Source of the DNA: Candidatus Hodarchaeota archaeon
Lineage (GTDB): Archaea > Asgardarchaeota > Heimdallarchaeia > Hodarchaeales > Hodarchaeaceae
Assembly (NCBI GenBank): GCA_016839815.1
Contig: JAEOTM010000111.1
Span: 1 to 17,179, forward strand
Direction of reading: 5' to 3'
DNA length: 17,179 nucleotides
In this document: in pieces, positions 7,182 through 15,868 of the stretch
How positions within the stretch are numbered: position 1 is the first letter of the stretch
Layout: the number at the start of each line of letters is the position of its first letter
Program-made: the position numbers and the translations under genes
The notes under the pieces: model-generated
Told to the model about the DNA's origin: nothing
Database searches by the model: none
What the model saw: the letters and a program-made list of their open reading frames with translations, nothing else

Positions 7182-8495
7182 ATGGTTTCCAACAATCTGG
7201 AGATTCTTATGAGAAATAGCCAAATTAAGCAATTTGACCTTCTTTTATGTTTTCTGATAATAATATTCAATCTTTTAACTCCTATCATGATTAACGAGGC
7301 TATTATTGTATCAGAATCCGAGGGAATTAAGCTTGACCAAGAAGTTGATGAAGGGACTATTTATATCACGCCAGATACTGGTTACAATTACGTGTGGATA
7401 AATAATATGGGTACACAGTTACTTTTTCTGTCTATGATCTCTAATACTTATCCTTCTCCTGTTCGAGTATTCCTAGCTGAACATTTTTATTCATTGAATA
7501 AAAATATTGAGATATTCACAGGCAGTGAACTTAGCTATATAGAAGTATACAACGATACAAACAACAATCACCGAATCGACTCTAATTTTACAGCTAATCC
7601 AATAAATTCGGAACTAACATACTATCTGATAATTAATGCCTCAAAAAGTTTTCTCATTTCTCCAGTGACAAAAATGGATCGGGAAAATGGTTCTTCTTAT
7701 GAATGGGGAATAAAATATCTTGAAGTTCAAGCAGGTTTAGTAAAAACCCCGTTAGGGCCTATTTGGGATGTAACTGATCTAATTATTCCTTTTCTCGAAT
7801 TTAATTACCAATACATTGTGGATCTAAGCGTGAATAAAACTATTTTGAAAAATACTTTCAAAATGGGGTCAGTTGAAGAGAAATATAAGGATTTATTCAG
7901 GAAATCCAGCTTATCTCTGCTATATTCATCCTTTAATTATGTAACAAACCATTCTACTGCATTAATTAATGAAAGTGTCCTATTATCCCCCTCAAATATA
8001 AATACAACATTTTTTCTCAATGACCTCTCTCAGGAATATAAGGATTTTAGAATGTGGGAAAATATCTTTAAAAGCAATTATACATTAGATTTTGAGAATC
8101 AGGGTAGTGAGTATGAGATCAGTACTATTAATGCCCCCTCGAATACCATAGATCCTGAAATGTTTTCATCTGGACATTTAAACTTTATCCAAATATCGAA
8201 TTATCTTTCCTCACTTCTTCCTCCGATCTATTCTAATATTGATTCTCTTGCATTGAATAGGTCATTAGCGTTTGATAACCCTTTCATTAGATACCGGATA
8301 TGCTATCCTGAATGGTCTGGTTCATCTCTTGATCATGATCCTTGGATGATTTCTTATTTCACACCTATTGAAAATCCCACTAGTGAGATATTGTTTGATT
8401 TAAGTGTGATAGCCACTCTTTCAATATTTGTTGTTGGTGTAGTTACATTAAGCATCGCTTTAATTCGCTGGAAAGAATTATTAGTAAATAGATAA
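7182..8495 (+). CDS. Secreted, C-terminally membrane-anchored surface (glyco)protein
   Basis: N-terminal hydrophobic signal, many N-x-S/T sequons, YPEWSGSSLDHDP motif before a C-terminal TM helix with a basic tail. Confidence 0.75.
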   Translation: MVSNNLEILMRNSQIKQFDLLLCFLIIIFNLLTPIMINEAIIVSESEGIKLDQEVDEGTIYITPDTGYNYVWINNMGTQLLFLSMISNTYPSPVRVFLAEHFYSLNKNIEIFTGSELSYIEVYNDTNNNHRIDSNFTANPINSELTYYLIINASKSFLISPVTKMDRENGSSYEWGIKYLEVQAGLVKTPLGPIWDVTDLIIPFLEFNYQYIVDLSVNKTILKNTFKMGSVEEKYKDLFRKSSLSLLYSSFNYVTNHSTALINESVLLSPSNINTTFFLNDLSQEYKDFRMWENIFKSNYTLDFENQGSEYEISTINAPSNTIDPEMFSSGHLNFIQISNYLSSLLPPIYSNIDSLALNRSLAFDNPFIRYRICYPEWSGSSLDHDPWMISYFTPIENPTSEILFDLSVIATLSIFVVGVVTLSIALIRWKELLVNR

Positions 8496-8554
8496 GGAGT
8501 AATGTCCGAGCTATTTCAGAACTGTCGAAACCAAGTGCTTTTATCGGGAGTGTC

Positions 8555-9064
8555 ATGTCGTTAAACCAACCCAAAAATGATTATTTGAATTCATTAGATC
8601 CACAACAATCCTCTAAATCCTCTCAGAGGTCTATTGAGGATCTTCATGGGTCAACATTACAAACCTATTGGTTTATTTTACGTTTTTCCGAAAAAACTAT
8701 AACATACACTGATGTTCAAGAGTACATGGGTTTCTCCAGCAAAAGTTCTGCTATTTACCAGTTAACCAAACTATGTGAAATTGGGATTCTAATTAAAACC
8801 TCAAATGGTTATGAAATCGTATCTAAACCCAAACCGCGGGCATTACAACCATTTTTACTTATTAAAAACTATCTTATTCCAAAATCTTTTCTTTATGGAA
8901 TCATTCTTTTAGTATTTCATCTTTTATTACTAGTTTTTTTTCTCAAATTAGATGAACCGTTGGTATTAGTTGCAAGTCTTCCTAATCTGATAGCTATCAT
9001 CTTATTTTTCTTAGAAGCAGTCGTTATCTGGCAAGGAAGACCTATTAGAAATTTATCAAAGTGA
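8555..9064 (+). CDS. Winged helix-turn-helix protein with two C-terminal TM helices (membrane-anchored regulator)
   Basis: LHGSTLQTYWFIL...TYTDVQEYMGFSSKSSAIYQLTKLCEIGILIK...GYEI is an archaeal wHTH pattern. Two hydrophobic helices follow. GGGAG upstream. Confidence 0.75.
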   Translation: MSLNQPKNDYLNSLDPQQSSKSSQRSIEDLHGSTLQTYWFILRFSEKTITYTDVQEYMGFSSKSSAIYQLTKLCEIGILIKTSNGYEIVSKPKPRALQPFLLIKNYLIPKSFLYGIILLVFHLLLLVFFLKLDEPLVLVASLPNLIAIILFFLEAVVIWQGRPIRNLSK

Positions 9065-9218
9065 AGAAAGAACTCTTTTCTAAAAGTATGAAATCTCCCT
9101 CTCTGACTTTAATTATCCAATACTAGTCAGAATTTACCGCCTTATTTTTAAAATTGAGAATATTTGAATGGATTTAAAGAAAAAATGGGGAAATAAAAAA
9201 TGCTTTTCATTCCCCAAA

Positions 9219-11393
9219 TTAAGCAGCATAGATTTTTATATCTGTTTCATGGAAAAGGGGAACATCTTGAACCAGAGTGTAGTACCTATAACCACCTAAA
9301 AAGAGTTGCCACGTCTTAATTTTGACGGTTAGTAGTGCTGTGAGTGTAAAGGTGAATGTTCCTGGTTCCATTCCAACAGAGAAGGTTCCCACTCGGCCAA
9401 AACTCCCACTTGAATCTTGTTTTATATCATCAAATGAAATTCCAGCTGCTTCTCCCCCGGTTCCTGTGGTAGCACCATCATGTGTTCCTGATGATTTTGA
9501 AAAATATGAATTCCATTGTACGAGATCCGTAAGGAGAGGAAATACATAACCAAGAGGACCACAGAGAGGTCCAAACATATCTCCAATTGTGTCTACGAGC
9601 AACGGTCCCATATCCTCTAGATGTTCGCCAGTACCAGCAGGACTACCCCAATAACTAGGATATTGACCTACTGTGCCATAAGGCCATCCGTTACATGTTA
9701 TTTGGGTATCTAACCAATAATAAATTCCTTTATAATCAATAAAGATTGGGCAATACCAGCTCTTTAATTGATCAATCGCTTCATCAGGGATATGGAAGTT
9801 TACACCATAATAGAAATTTAACATATCATCCTTTCTCTTTGCACGAATATAATAATCAAATTCGCCTAAGAAATATCTGTTCACATTTTGGATATTATGC
9901 CACAATAAAGTTGAACCCCCAAGGAAAGTATTGTAAAAACTGGTCCACATGTTTGAACTCCCTGGATCAGGAAATGGATCCCATCTTGCATTTGTGTAAA
10001 GCTCTCCAGTTACTAACCAATAACCTGTATATGTAGTAATCACTATTTCGACATGCAATTCGTCCTTATACTTTGATTCAGTTAATACATTGATTGTATA
10101 ACTAAAACTTCCATATGCCCATCCGCTTTTAACTAGTGCTCCATCGACGTATACTCTTACAATACGGGAGTTACTATCACCATAAGCTTGTCCTCTTATC
10201 TTCAGTAACGCCCCTGAAATACCCCTTGGGACATCAACACTGAGATGCTGTCTCGAATAACCAGTATTTTTAAAAAGGTACTCACTTCCTGTTTTTGCCA
10301 GATATGAGTTTGTCTGATCAAGCATTTCTTCTGATGCGGAATAATAAGAATTCACATATGCATCTACTCTCCAAAAATTATCTTGATAATCATATGTGGT
10401 TAAGACGATCGTAACCTTATTCTTATTAGTTGCTGATCTCATTAAAGGATGGATTGTTGCACTGTCCCAAGCAAAGTAAAACGATTGACTTACAACCTCA
10501 TCATATAAAACCCAGTTATTGTTGAACTTAATTCTGAGATTTCGATGGTGACCATCATTAAATGAACTCCCAGATACAATCAATTGTTCCCCATTTGCTA
10601 TATCCTGTCCTGGGAGATAAATCTCTTTTATCTGCTCTGACCAACCCGTATTACGAAACTCGTGATAATCAAAAAATTGGCCACGATCATATACTGTTTG
10701 AGTTGATTGAATGGAACCAATTTTCTGGTTTATTAGAGGATTTCTTTGATTTTCTACTTCAATTCCAGAGAAACCTGTAAGTTCAAAAATTTCCGTTTTA
10801 AGTGACTTAATAGAAGCTTTACCTATCGTGGTGTTATTAGTCAATCCAATTGGTCGACTCCCATATATCAGATTCAAGAAAGGCAATTTTGAAAGACTTG
10901 GTTCATCAATATTCCCGAAATAAAAGAAAATTTCTAGTTGATATTCCATTGAAGAATCAAGAACCATCTTTATCCTTTTATTAAGCGAATACTCGGTTGC
11001 TTTTGACCACCAGAATGTTTCATCACAAGAAGTAGACTTCAAATATGGGACATAGAATTTCAGATATCTATTTTGATCATTGTCTGTTTGATCAGATAAA
11101 CTGGATGTATTATTCAAATTGACTCCATTATTCCGAGTCATCTCGTTATCCTCTTTAACTATCATAAATGGAATTTCGACCCATTTTATATTATCCCAAA
11201 GAGCTAATATGGATCTCTCTGAAGTTATATCTACATTTTCTAAACCAATTTTATTTAACGGAATTTCGATCAATCTTTCATCATTAGAAGTGATTGAGTC
11301 GGATTCAAGCTCGAATATGCTAAATCCAATGACGATTTGAGTTCCTAACACCCCTAAGAATAAAAAGATCTGTATTTTTCTTTTTATACTCAT
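9219..11393 (-). CDS. Large secreted beta-rich hypothetical protein
   Basis: 724-aa ORF with signal peptide (MSIKRKIQIFLFLGVLG...). Internal duplication: FRNTGWSEQ...IVLTTY..FWRV / FKNTGYSRQ...IVITTYTGYWLV. Confidence 0.75.
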   Translation of the reverse strand: MSIKRKIQIFLFLGVLGTQIVIGFSIFELESDSITSNDERLIEIPLNKIGLENVDITSERSILALWDNIKWVEIPFMIVKEDNEMTRNNGVNLNNTSSLSDQTDNDQNRYLKFYVPYLKSTSCDETFWWSKATEYSLNKRIKMVLDSSMEYQLEIFFYFGNIDEPSLSKLPFLNLIYGSRPIGLTNNTTIGKASIKSLKTEIFELTGFSGIEVENQRNPLINQKIGSIQSTQTVYDRGQFFDYHEFRNTGWSEQIKEIYLPGQDIANGEQLIVSGSSFNDGHHRNLRIKFNNNWVLYDEVVSQSFYFAWDSATIHPLMRSATNKNKVTIVLTTYDYQDNFWRVDAYVNSYYSASEEMLDQTNSYLAKTGSEYLFKNTGYSRQHLSVDVPRGISGALLKIRGQAYGDSNSRIVRVYVDGALVKSGWAYGSFSYTINVLTESKYKDELHVEIVITTYTGYWLVTGELYTNARWDPFPDPGSSNMWTSFYNTFLGGSTLLWHNIQNVNRYFLGEFDYYIRAKRKDDMLNFYYGVNFHIPDEAIDQLKSWYCPIFIDYKGIYYWLDTQITCNGWPYGTVGQYPSYWGSPAGTGEHLEDMGPLLVDTIGDMFGPLCGPLGYVFPLLTDLVQWNSYFSKSSGTHDGATTGTGGEAAGISFDDIKQDSSGSFGRVGTFSVGMEPGTFTFTLTALLTVKIKTWQLFLGGYRYYTLVQDVPLFHETDIKIYAA

Positions 11394-11942
11394 TTTAAAC
11401 CCGGAAAGTTGTTTTCTTGAAAATTCGAAAAGTTTTGACTGATATTCGGGAAATTATAGTATATAAAGTCTTTCACTAGTAAATCCATTATTTTTAATCA
11501 CCTGAAAGTCTCTTATATTCCGTTTCAACTCTAGACGTTTTAAAACATGCTCTCTTGACTCTTTCCAATTCAGGGGATTGTTTTTTTTGCTGATAAATGG
11601 GCAAAGAAGGAGGATTTAATCATGTATGTGCATGGGAAGATGCTTTGTAAAAAGGTGAATCAAAAGCATCCATATTTCGCTGTTATATTATTCAGATGTA
11701 TTATTTCTCAGTATTTTTTATCTTAAATACACTTACTTATCTCAAAAAAGAGTTTAAAGGTTACAAATATAAAATGGATTTTTGTAAGTCTTAAATAGCG
11801 TTAGACTAATCAAATTCATAATTTCTTTAGGAGGAAGGGTTGTTCTTTATGTGATGACTAATCAGAAAGTTATGGAATACATTCAAATGGCGAAGAATCT
11901 ATTGGATGATCCAACCCTATAGAGAAACTGGATTTTAATTAC

Positions 11943-12080
11943 TACTCCTTGCACACGGGCTACTAATGAAAAATTAGTGTGGAAAGTGTCAGTCCTCTCG
12001 TTTTTTTGAAGAAATAGCCTTAAGGAGTCAAATAGAGTGTGTTCAAGAGTGTCTGGTTTTTTATCTGGTGGTCATTTCTT
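11943..12080 (+). repeat. Repeat copy 7
   Basis: ACTCCTTGCACACGGGCT, hairpin ACTAATGAAAAATTAGT, GTGGAAAGTGTCAGTCCTCTCG...GCCTTAAGGAGTCAAATAGAGTGTG...TCTGGTGGTCATTTCTT. Confidence 0.92.
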
Positions 12081-12162
12081 TTTCCATACTAGCTTTCTGC
12101 TAAACTTTTTTATTCTAAGTATTGATAAGGTTTTTAAATTACTCCTCTGATCAGCCTTCGAG

Positions 12163-12981
12163 GTGGCTGGTTTGTTGAAAAAAAAAGCACTCATTTTTGG
12201 AAATTTAATGATCCTTTGCATTATATCTTTGACGATAGTTCGGGCAACCGATAGTGAGGTATGGAAGGTAAGAGCTGGAACAGAAATAACCTATGAGTTT
12301 TCTAATGCTAGAGATAACGAAGAAACGTCTACATTGTTCTTTTTTACTACAACTGATGATGTTCTTAAAAGTATAGAGGTTACAAAAGGTACTAAATTCA
12401 CCATTACGCTTACAAAGTTTAAAACTTTAGAGCTTAGCATGGGAGGAGAATACGAATATCCTTCAGGGACTATTACGGTACAATTAAACTCTACTGAGAG
12501 TGTGACTTCAAAAGAGTTTGATTTATCGTCTGGTGGAGCTGGACAGTCGGGGGCAGGACTTATTTGGCCTGGAACTTCATTTATCAATACTGTTACTGAA
12601 AACATGACTTTTTATCAAGAATTGGAGGATCAAGGAATAGATGAGGACAATACATCAACTAATCTGTACAGTAGATGGTACGAGTTTGATGGAAAAGATC
12701 TCTTAACCTCCTATAGAAATACAACAATTCGAACCGCCACACACCAACCACTTTCCTCATTCTTCGATATTGAAAAGATCAACGTTACTACTGGATGCCT
12801 TACGGAATTTTATTACCTTAGAAAAACCTTTGATTATCAGAATTACACCTTGATTAGGGAAATTGAATGTTCTTATAAAATGGATAATCTAAAGCTTGGG
12901 TCTAAGGGGTCTGTTTCAGGATTTGAAGTACTTGTTATTATACCTATTATCATAACTATCTATAAGAGAAAAAATCAATGA
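12163..12981 (+). CDS. Secreted surface protein with PGF-CTERM-like C-terminal sorting signal
   Basis: Signal peptide; mature part begins WKVRAGTEITYEF. The C-terminus VSGFE-VLVIIPIIITIY-KRKNQ has the motif/TM/basic layout of archaeosortase-type targets. Confidence 0.75.
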   Translation: MAGLLKKKALIFGNLMILCIISLTIVRATDSEVWKVRAGTEITYEFSNARDNEETSTLFFFTTTDDVLKSIEVTKGTKFTITLTKFKTLELSMGGEYEYPSGTITVQLNSTESVTSKEFDLSSGGAGQSGAGLIWPGTSFINTVTENMTFYQELEDQGIDEDNTSTNLYSRWYEFDGKDLLTSYRNTTIRTATHQPLSSFFDIEKINVTTGCLTEFYYLRKTFDYQNYTLIREIECSYKMDNLKLGSKGSVSGFEVLVIIPIIITIYKRKNQ

Positions 12982-13025
12982 GAAGAGTTAGGAACCAAAG
13001 ATTAGACCAATATTGATGCTCATCC

Positions 13026-13165
13026 AGCTGCCACTCCTCGCACAAGGGCAATTTCTTATTAGAAAGGTGGAAAGGGTCAATCCTCTCGTTTTTCTTAGAA
13101 AAAGCCTTAAGGAGTCAAATAGTGTGTGTTCAGGGGCTTTCTGCTCTTATGCCTGGTGGTTCTTT
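13026..13165 (+). repeat. Repeat copy 8
   Basis: AGCTGCCACTCCTCGCACAAGGGC, hairpin TTTCTTATTAGAAA, GTGGAAAGGGTCAATCCTCTCG...GCCTTAAGGAGTCAAATAG...TTCTGCTCTTATGCCTGGTGGT. Confidence 0.92.
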
Positions 13166-13318
13166 TTTTAATATTGGTTTCTTGTGAATTCCACTTTTAA
13201 TCCATTATTTTGCAGAAACCTTCCCAATCACTTTCTATCTATGATGGGAAAGTTTATTATTATCTTTGTTCCTTATGCAGGGCAATATTTTATTATTTAA
13301 AGGGAAAGCGAAACGAAG

Positions 13319-13858
13319 ATGAGTTTTAAACCTGAGGAGCAGAAAAATACCATTATTGGTATTATGGGTTCAATCTTTTTTGTATTTTTAACAATTCTCG
13401 TACCGTTGTTTAGGATATTTGGGGGTTTTCTAACCTATTCTAGCAGCTCTATATCAGGAGAGTGGTATTGGAATGAAGTAAGTATTTCTGGTATGATTTC
13501 TCGTGAAATGAGTTATCCTGAGTATGTTGCGCAAAATGACGAATTATCTGGACTTTGGCTCACAATTGGTGATTGGGGATTGTTTTGGATTGTATTAGGT
13601 TTTTTTGGAGCATTTTGCATAATTCTTCCCTCCATTCGTAAATTTCCTGAGAAACCTATTATTGGAGTTATAGTCCCTACGATTGGCCTTATTACTGGTC
13701 TTCTTGCCACCGTAGTCGAGTTTGGTCTGTTTTTCCTTGTGTTGAACGAGGAGGATTGGGGGGCGACTACTCCTGATCTGAATCTTGTATTACTAGCTTG
13801 TTTTATCCTAGGTTGGATAGTATTCATAATCAGCTATTATTTTTCCCTTAAAAAGTGA
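13319..13858 (+). CDS. Four-TM hypothetical membrane protein
   Basis: 179-aa ORF with four hydrophobic helices and a larger first loop. Confidence 0.75.
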   Translation: MSFKPEEQKNTIIGIMGSIFFVFLTILVPLFRIFGGFLTYSSSSISGEWYWNEVSISGMISREMSYPEYVAQNDELSGLWLTIGDWGLFWIVLGFFGAFCIILPSIRKFPEKPIIGVIVPTIGLITGLLATVVEFGLFFLVLNEEDWGATTPDLNLVLLACFILGWIVFIISYYFSLKK

Positions 13859-13878
13859 GTTTCTTTACTTATCTTGGA

Positions 13879-14000
13879 TTCTTGAGAAGAATAAGTTCTG
13901 TAAATTTTCAGTCCTCTCGTTTTTTCTTTTAAGAAAAAGAAATAGCCGTAAGGAGTCAAATAGAGTGTATGTGTCAGTCTTCTGGTCTGGTGGTCACTTC
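13879..14000 (+). repeat. Repeat copy 9 (no recognisable rRNA portion left)
   Basis: AAATTTTCAGTCCTCTCGT...AATAGCCGTAAGGAGTCAAATAGAGTGTATGTGTCAGTCTTCTGGTCTGGTGGTCACTTC. Confidence 0.9.
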
Positions 14001-14185
14001 ATCTTTCATATTTTCATTATCAGGAATTTTCCTTTACAAGACTGATTCGAAGATTTTCGCGAGTTATCCCTCTAACCTGGTAGACCCTCTATTGAGGGTT
14101 CTTCTCACCATCAAGTTAATTTGGTTATCCTTTTGTTAAGGATCATCAGATTCGAGAGATTCGGATGATTTTCCTCTTTTTTGTT

Positions 14186-14770
14186 TTACTCCCAAACCGC
14201 TATTTCTTTCCATGGAACTTGTAGGGTTTTGAATACGCGAATTATTGAATGAGCATTCCGTTTCTCACAATAGATTATGCTTTTACCCAATTTACGAGCA
14301 TTTAATTGGGCTACTATTCCCTCAATTCTTGACTCGTAAGTTTTATTCTTATAATGAGAAGTGCTTTTTCCTCCATATAAAGCTCTATGCAATTTTTTCC
14401 TGGTTGCAGGGGGTACATCTTTCAACTCATAAATCAGCAGCATTTTTGGAACAAATTCACTTTCGTCCACCATGACTTGAATGGGTCTTCCATACAATAA
14501 AATTCCTTCTCCTGCTAACGCGAATTGGATTTCTAATTCTTTACTTAGTTCTTCTATTGATAAATGGGTTGTTTGAATATTCTCACTTTTCTGTTGGTTT
14601 ATACGTGTTACCTGTTCAGGATTTTTCTGATCATATATCACCGCAATATCAATATCAGACGTCTTTGTGTCATTACCAGTGGCTACACTTCCAAATAAGA
14701 CAATTGCCAATATATTCTCTTTTTCTGATATTTTTTTGACAAAACGAGTCGCCTCTTCAAATTTAGACAT
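14186..14770 (-). CDS. Minimal nucleotidyltransferase (MNT, MntA-like antitoxin) with C-terminal Cas2/PaaX-like extension
   Basis: VLFGSVATG...SDIDIAVI is the GS-x10-DxD signature. Extra C-terminal ~85 aa: LLIYELKDVPPATRKKLHRALYG...LGKSIIY. Overlaps the upstream gene by 8 bp. Confidence 0.88.
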   Translation of the reverse strand: MSKFEEATRFVKKISEKENILAIVLFGSVATGNDTKTSDIDIAVIYDQKNPEQVTRINQQKSENIQTTHLSIEELSKELEIQFALAGEGILLYGRPIQVMVDESEFVPKMLLIYELKDVPPATRKKLHRALYGGKSTSHYKNKTYESRIEGIVAQLNARKLGKSIIYCEKRNAHSIIRVFKTLQVPWKEIAVWE

Positions 14771-15137
14771 CTAGCTCCCTCTTACAAATCTTTTTTAACT
14801 TTTGAAACAGTTCCATAGCTTCTTGTGCGTACTTGCCATTTGTTTTTCTCCCGTAGACTAATCCTGGACGGAGTTCTTCAAATCTGGTTACAATCTTAGC
14901 TATCTCCTCACTCTTTTCTCCCATCCTTTTTTCACGTCTTAATATTCCTGCTAGTCTATTATGCTTGATATCTCTCTTTAAGTGCAGAGTATTCAACTTA
15001 TGCATTGTAGCATTAATATAGTGAGCACTAATCAACATTAACAGTTCTATTATGGTTGCATAGTCAGTTTCGGTATCTAACTTGCTTAATGTGCTTTCTA
15101 GTTCAGTAATTTTGCTTAAATGGTAGTCGATTTTCAT
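14763..15137 (-). CDS. HEPN-domain protein (putative toxin of the HEPN-MNT pair)
   Basis: 124-aa all-helical protein with H-N-R-L and C-terminal R-x4-Y (LRPGLVYG...AQEAMELF). Coupled to an MNT gene. GGGG upstream of the start. Confidence 0.72.
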   Translation of the reverse strand: MKIDYHLSKITELESTLSKLDTETDYATIIELLMLISAHYINATMHKLNTLHLKRDIKHNRLAGILRREKRMGEKSEEIAKIVTRFEELRPGLVYGRKTNGKYAQEAMELFQKLKKICKRELDV

Positions 15138-15190
15138 AAAATAGCCCCCTTATAGGAAAAGGATGTCTTTTCTTTCGCTGGTCTAGTTCG

Positions 15191-15265
15191 ACAGAAAGTA
15201 ACATATAAAGATTTCTGTGGATATAGTACTACAAAATCACACTCAATTATTTTTTTGTAGTACTA
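15191..15265 (-). promoter_or_regulatory. Putative HEPN-MNT promoter with two inverted-repeat operators
   Basis: TTTATA box on the minus strand (15204-15209), flanked by the inverted repeat ACAGAAA/TTTCTGT (15191-15197/15212-15218). Perfect 13-bp inverted repeat TAGTACTACAAAA/TTTTGTAGTACTA (15224-15236/15253-15265). Confidence 0.55.
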
Positions 15266-15357
15266 GTACCACATAGATCATTAAGATTCCCATTAAAAAA
15301 AATGTCACAGCAATTTTTTATGCTATTTCAGTTCTTTAAAACTTTGATTCTTTCACA

Positions 15358-15490
15358 CTCCCACTAATCGTACACGGGCTATTTTTTTAGAAAAAGTGTG
15401 GAAAGGGTCAGTCCTCTCGTTTTCTAGAAGAAAAAGCCTTAAGGAGTCTAATTGCATGTGTTGAACGCTTCTGGTCTTATGTCTGGTGCA
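15358..15490 (+). repeat. Repeat copy 10
   Basis: CTCCCACTAATCGTACACGGGCT (nearly identical to the 23S end at 2840-2862), GTGTGGAAAGGGTCAGTCCTCTCGTTTTCTAGAAGAAAAAGCCTTAAGGAGTC...TTCTGGTCTTATGTCTGGTG. Confidence 0.93.
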
Positions 15491-15868
15491 TGCTTTCTTA
15501 ATTTCGTTTTGAGTTGTGGATTTTGAAATCCCTCTAAGGGTATAATAATTCAAGTGTACTTTTCTCCGTCACTTTTTCCTTTTCTAATCCTTAAAATCGT
15601 AACTGGAATCGTGAGGTGTCTTCAGGGATAGTTCTTGGCGTTCTACAACTGGGACACATGAGAATTTTCTTATTTTCTTGGATTTGAGGGACCCAAACAC
15701 TTCCACAGGTACAAAATAGTGAATCTTCACTCCTTACATGTTCAGGAATAATATCTTGTGTTCCGATTGCTATTGGCTAAACCTCCTGCTAATTTTGTTT
15801 TTTACCTATATAAAAAGAAAGAAGGGAAAGGAAATGAGAAGAGAGAATTCCCTGGTAAATCCTCCTTT

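Noticed and set aside
14084-14099. Hairpin ACCCTC-TATT-GAGGGT downstream of the MNT gene as a terminator
   Set aside because: Short stem without a U-tract on the minus strand, and archaeal termination relies mainly on oligo-T; not supportable.
445-15490. Repeats as a CRISPR array, classical attC sites or MITEs
   Set aside because: Spacing is kilobases and irregular; there are no RYYYAAC/GTTRRRY ends, terminal inverted repeats or evident target-site duplications; no cas operon, integron integrase or transposase lies in the window.
15353-15553. Short ORFs 15353-15553 (-), 5931-6113 (+) and 6702-7175 (+)
   Set aside because: They run through repeat copies whose indels do not preserve frame, so they are incidental.
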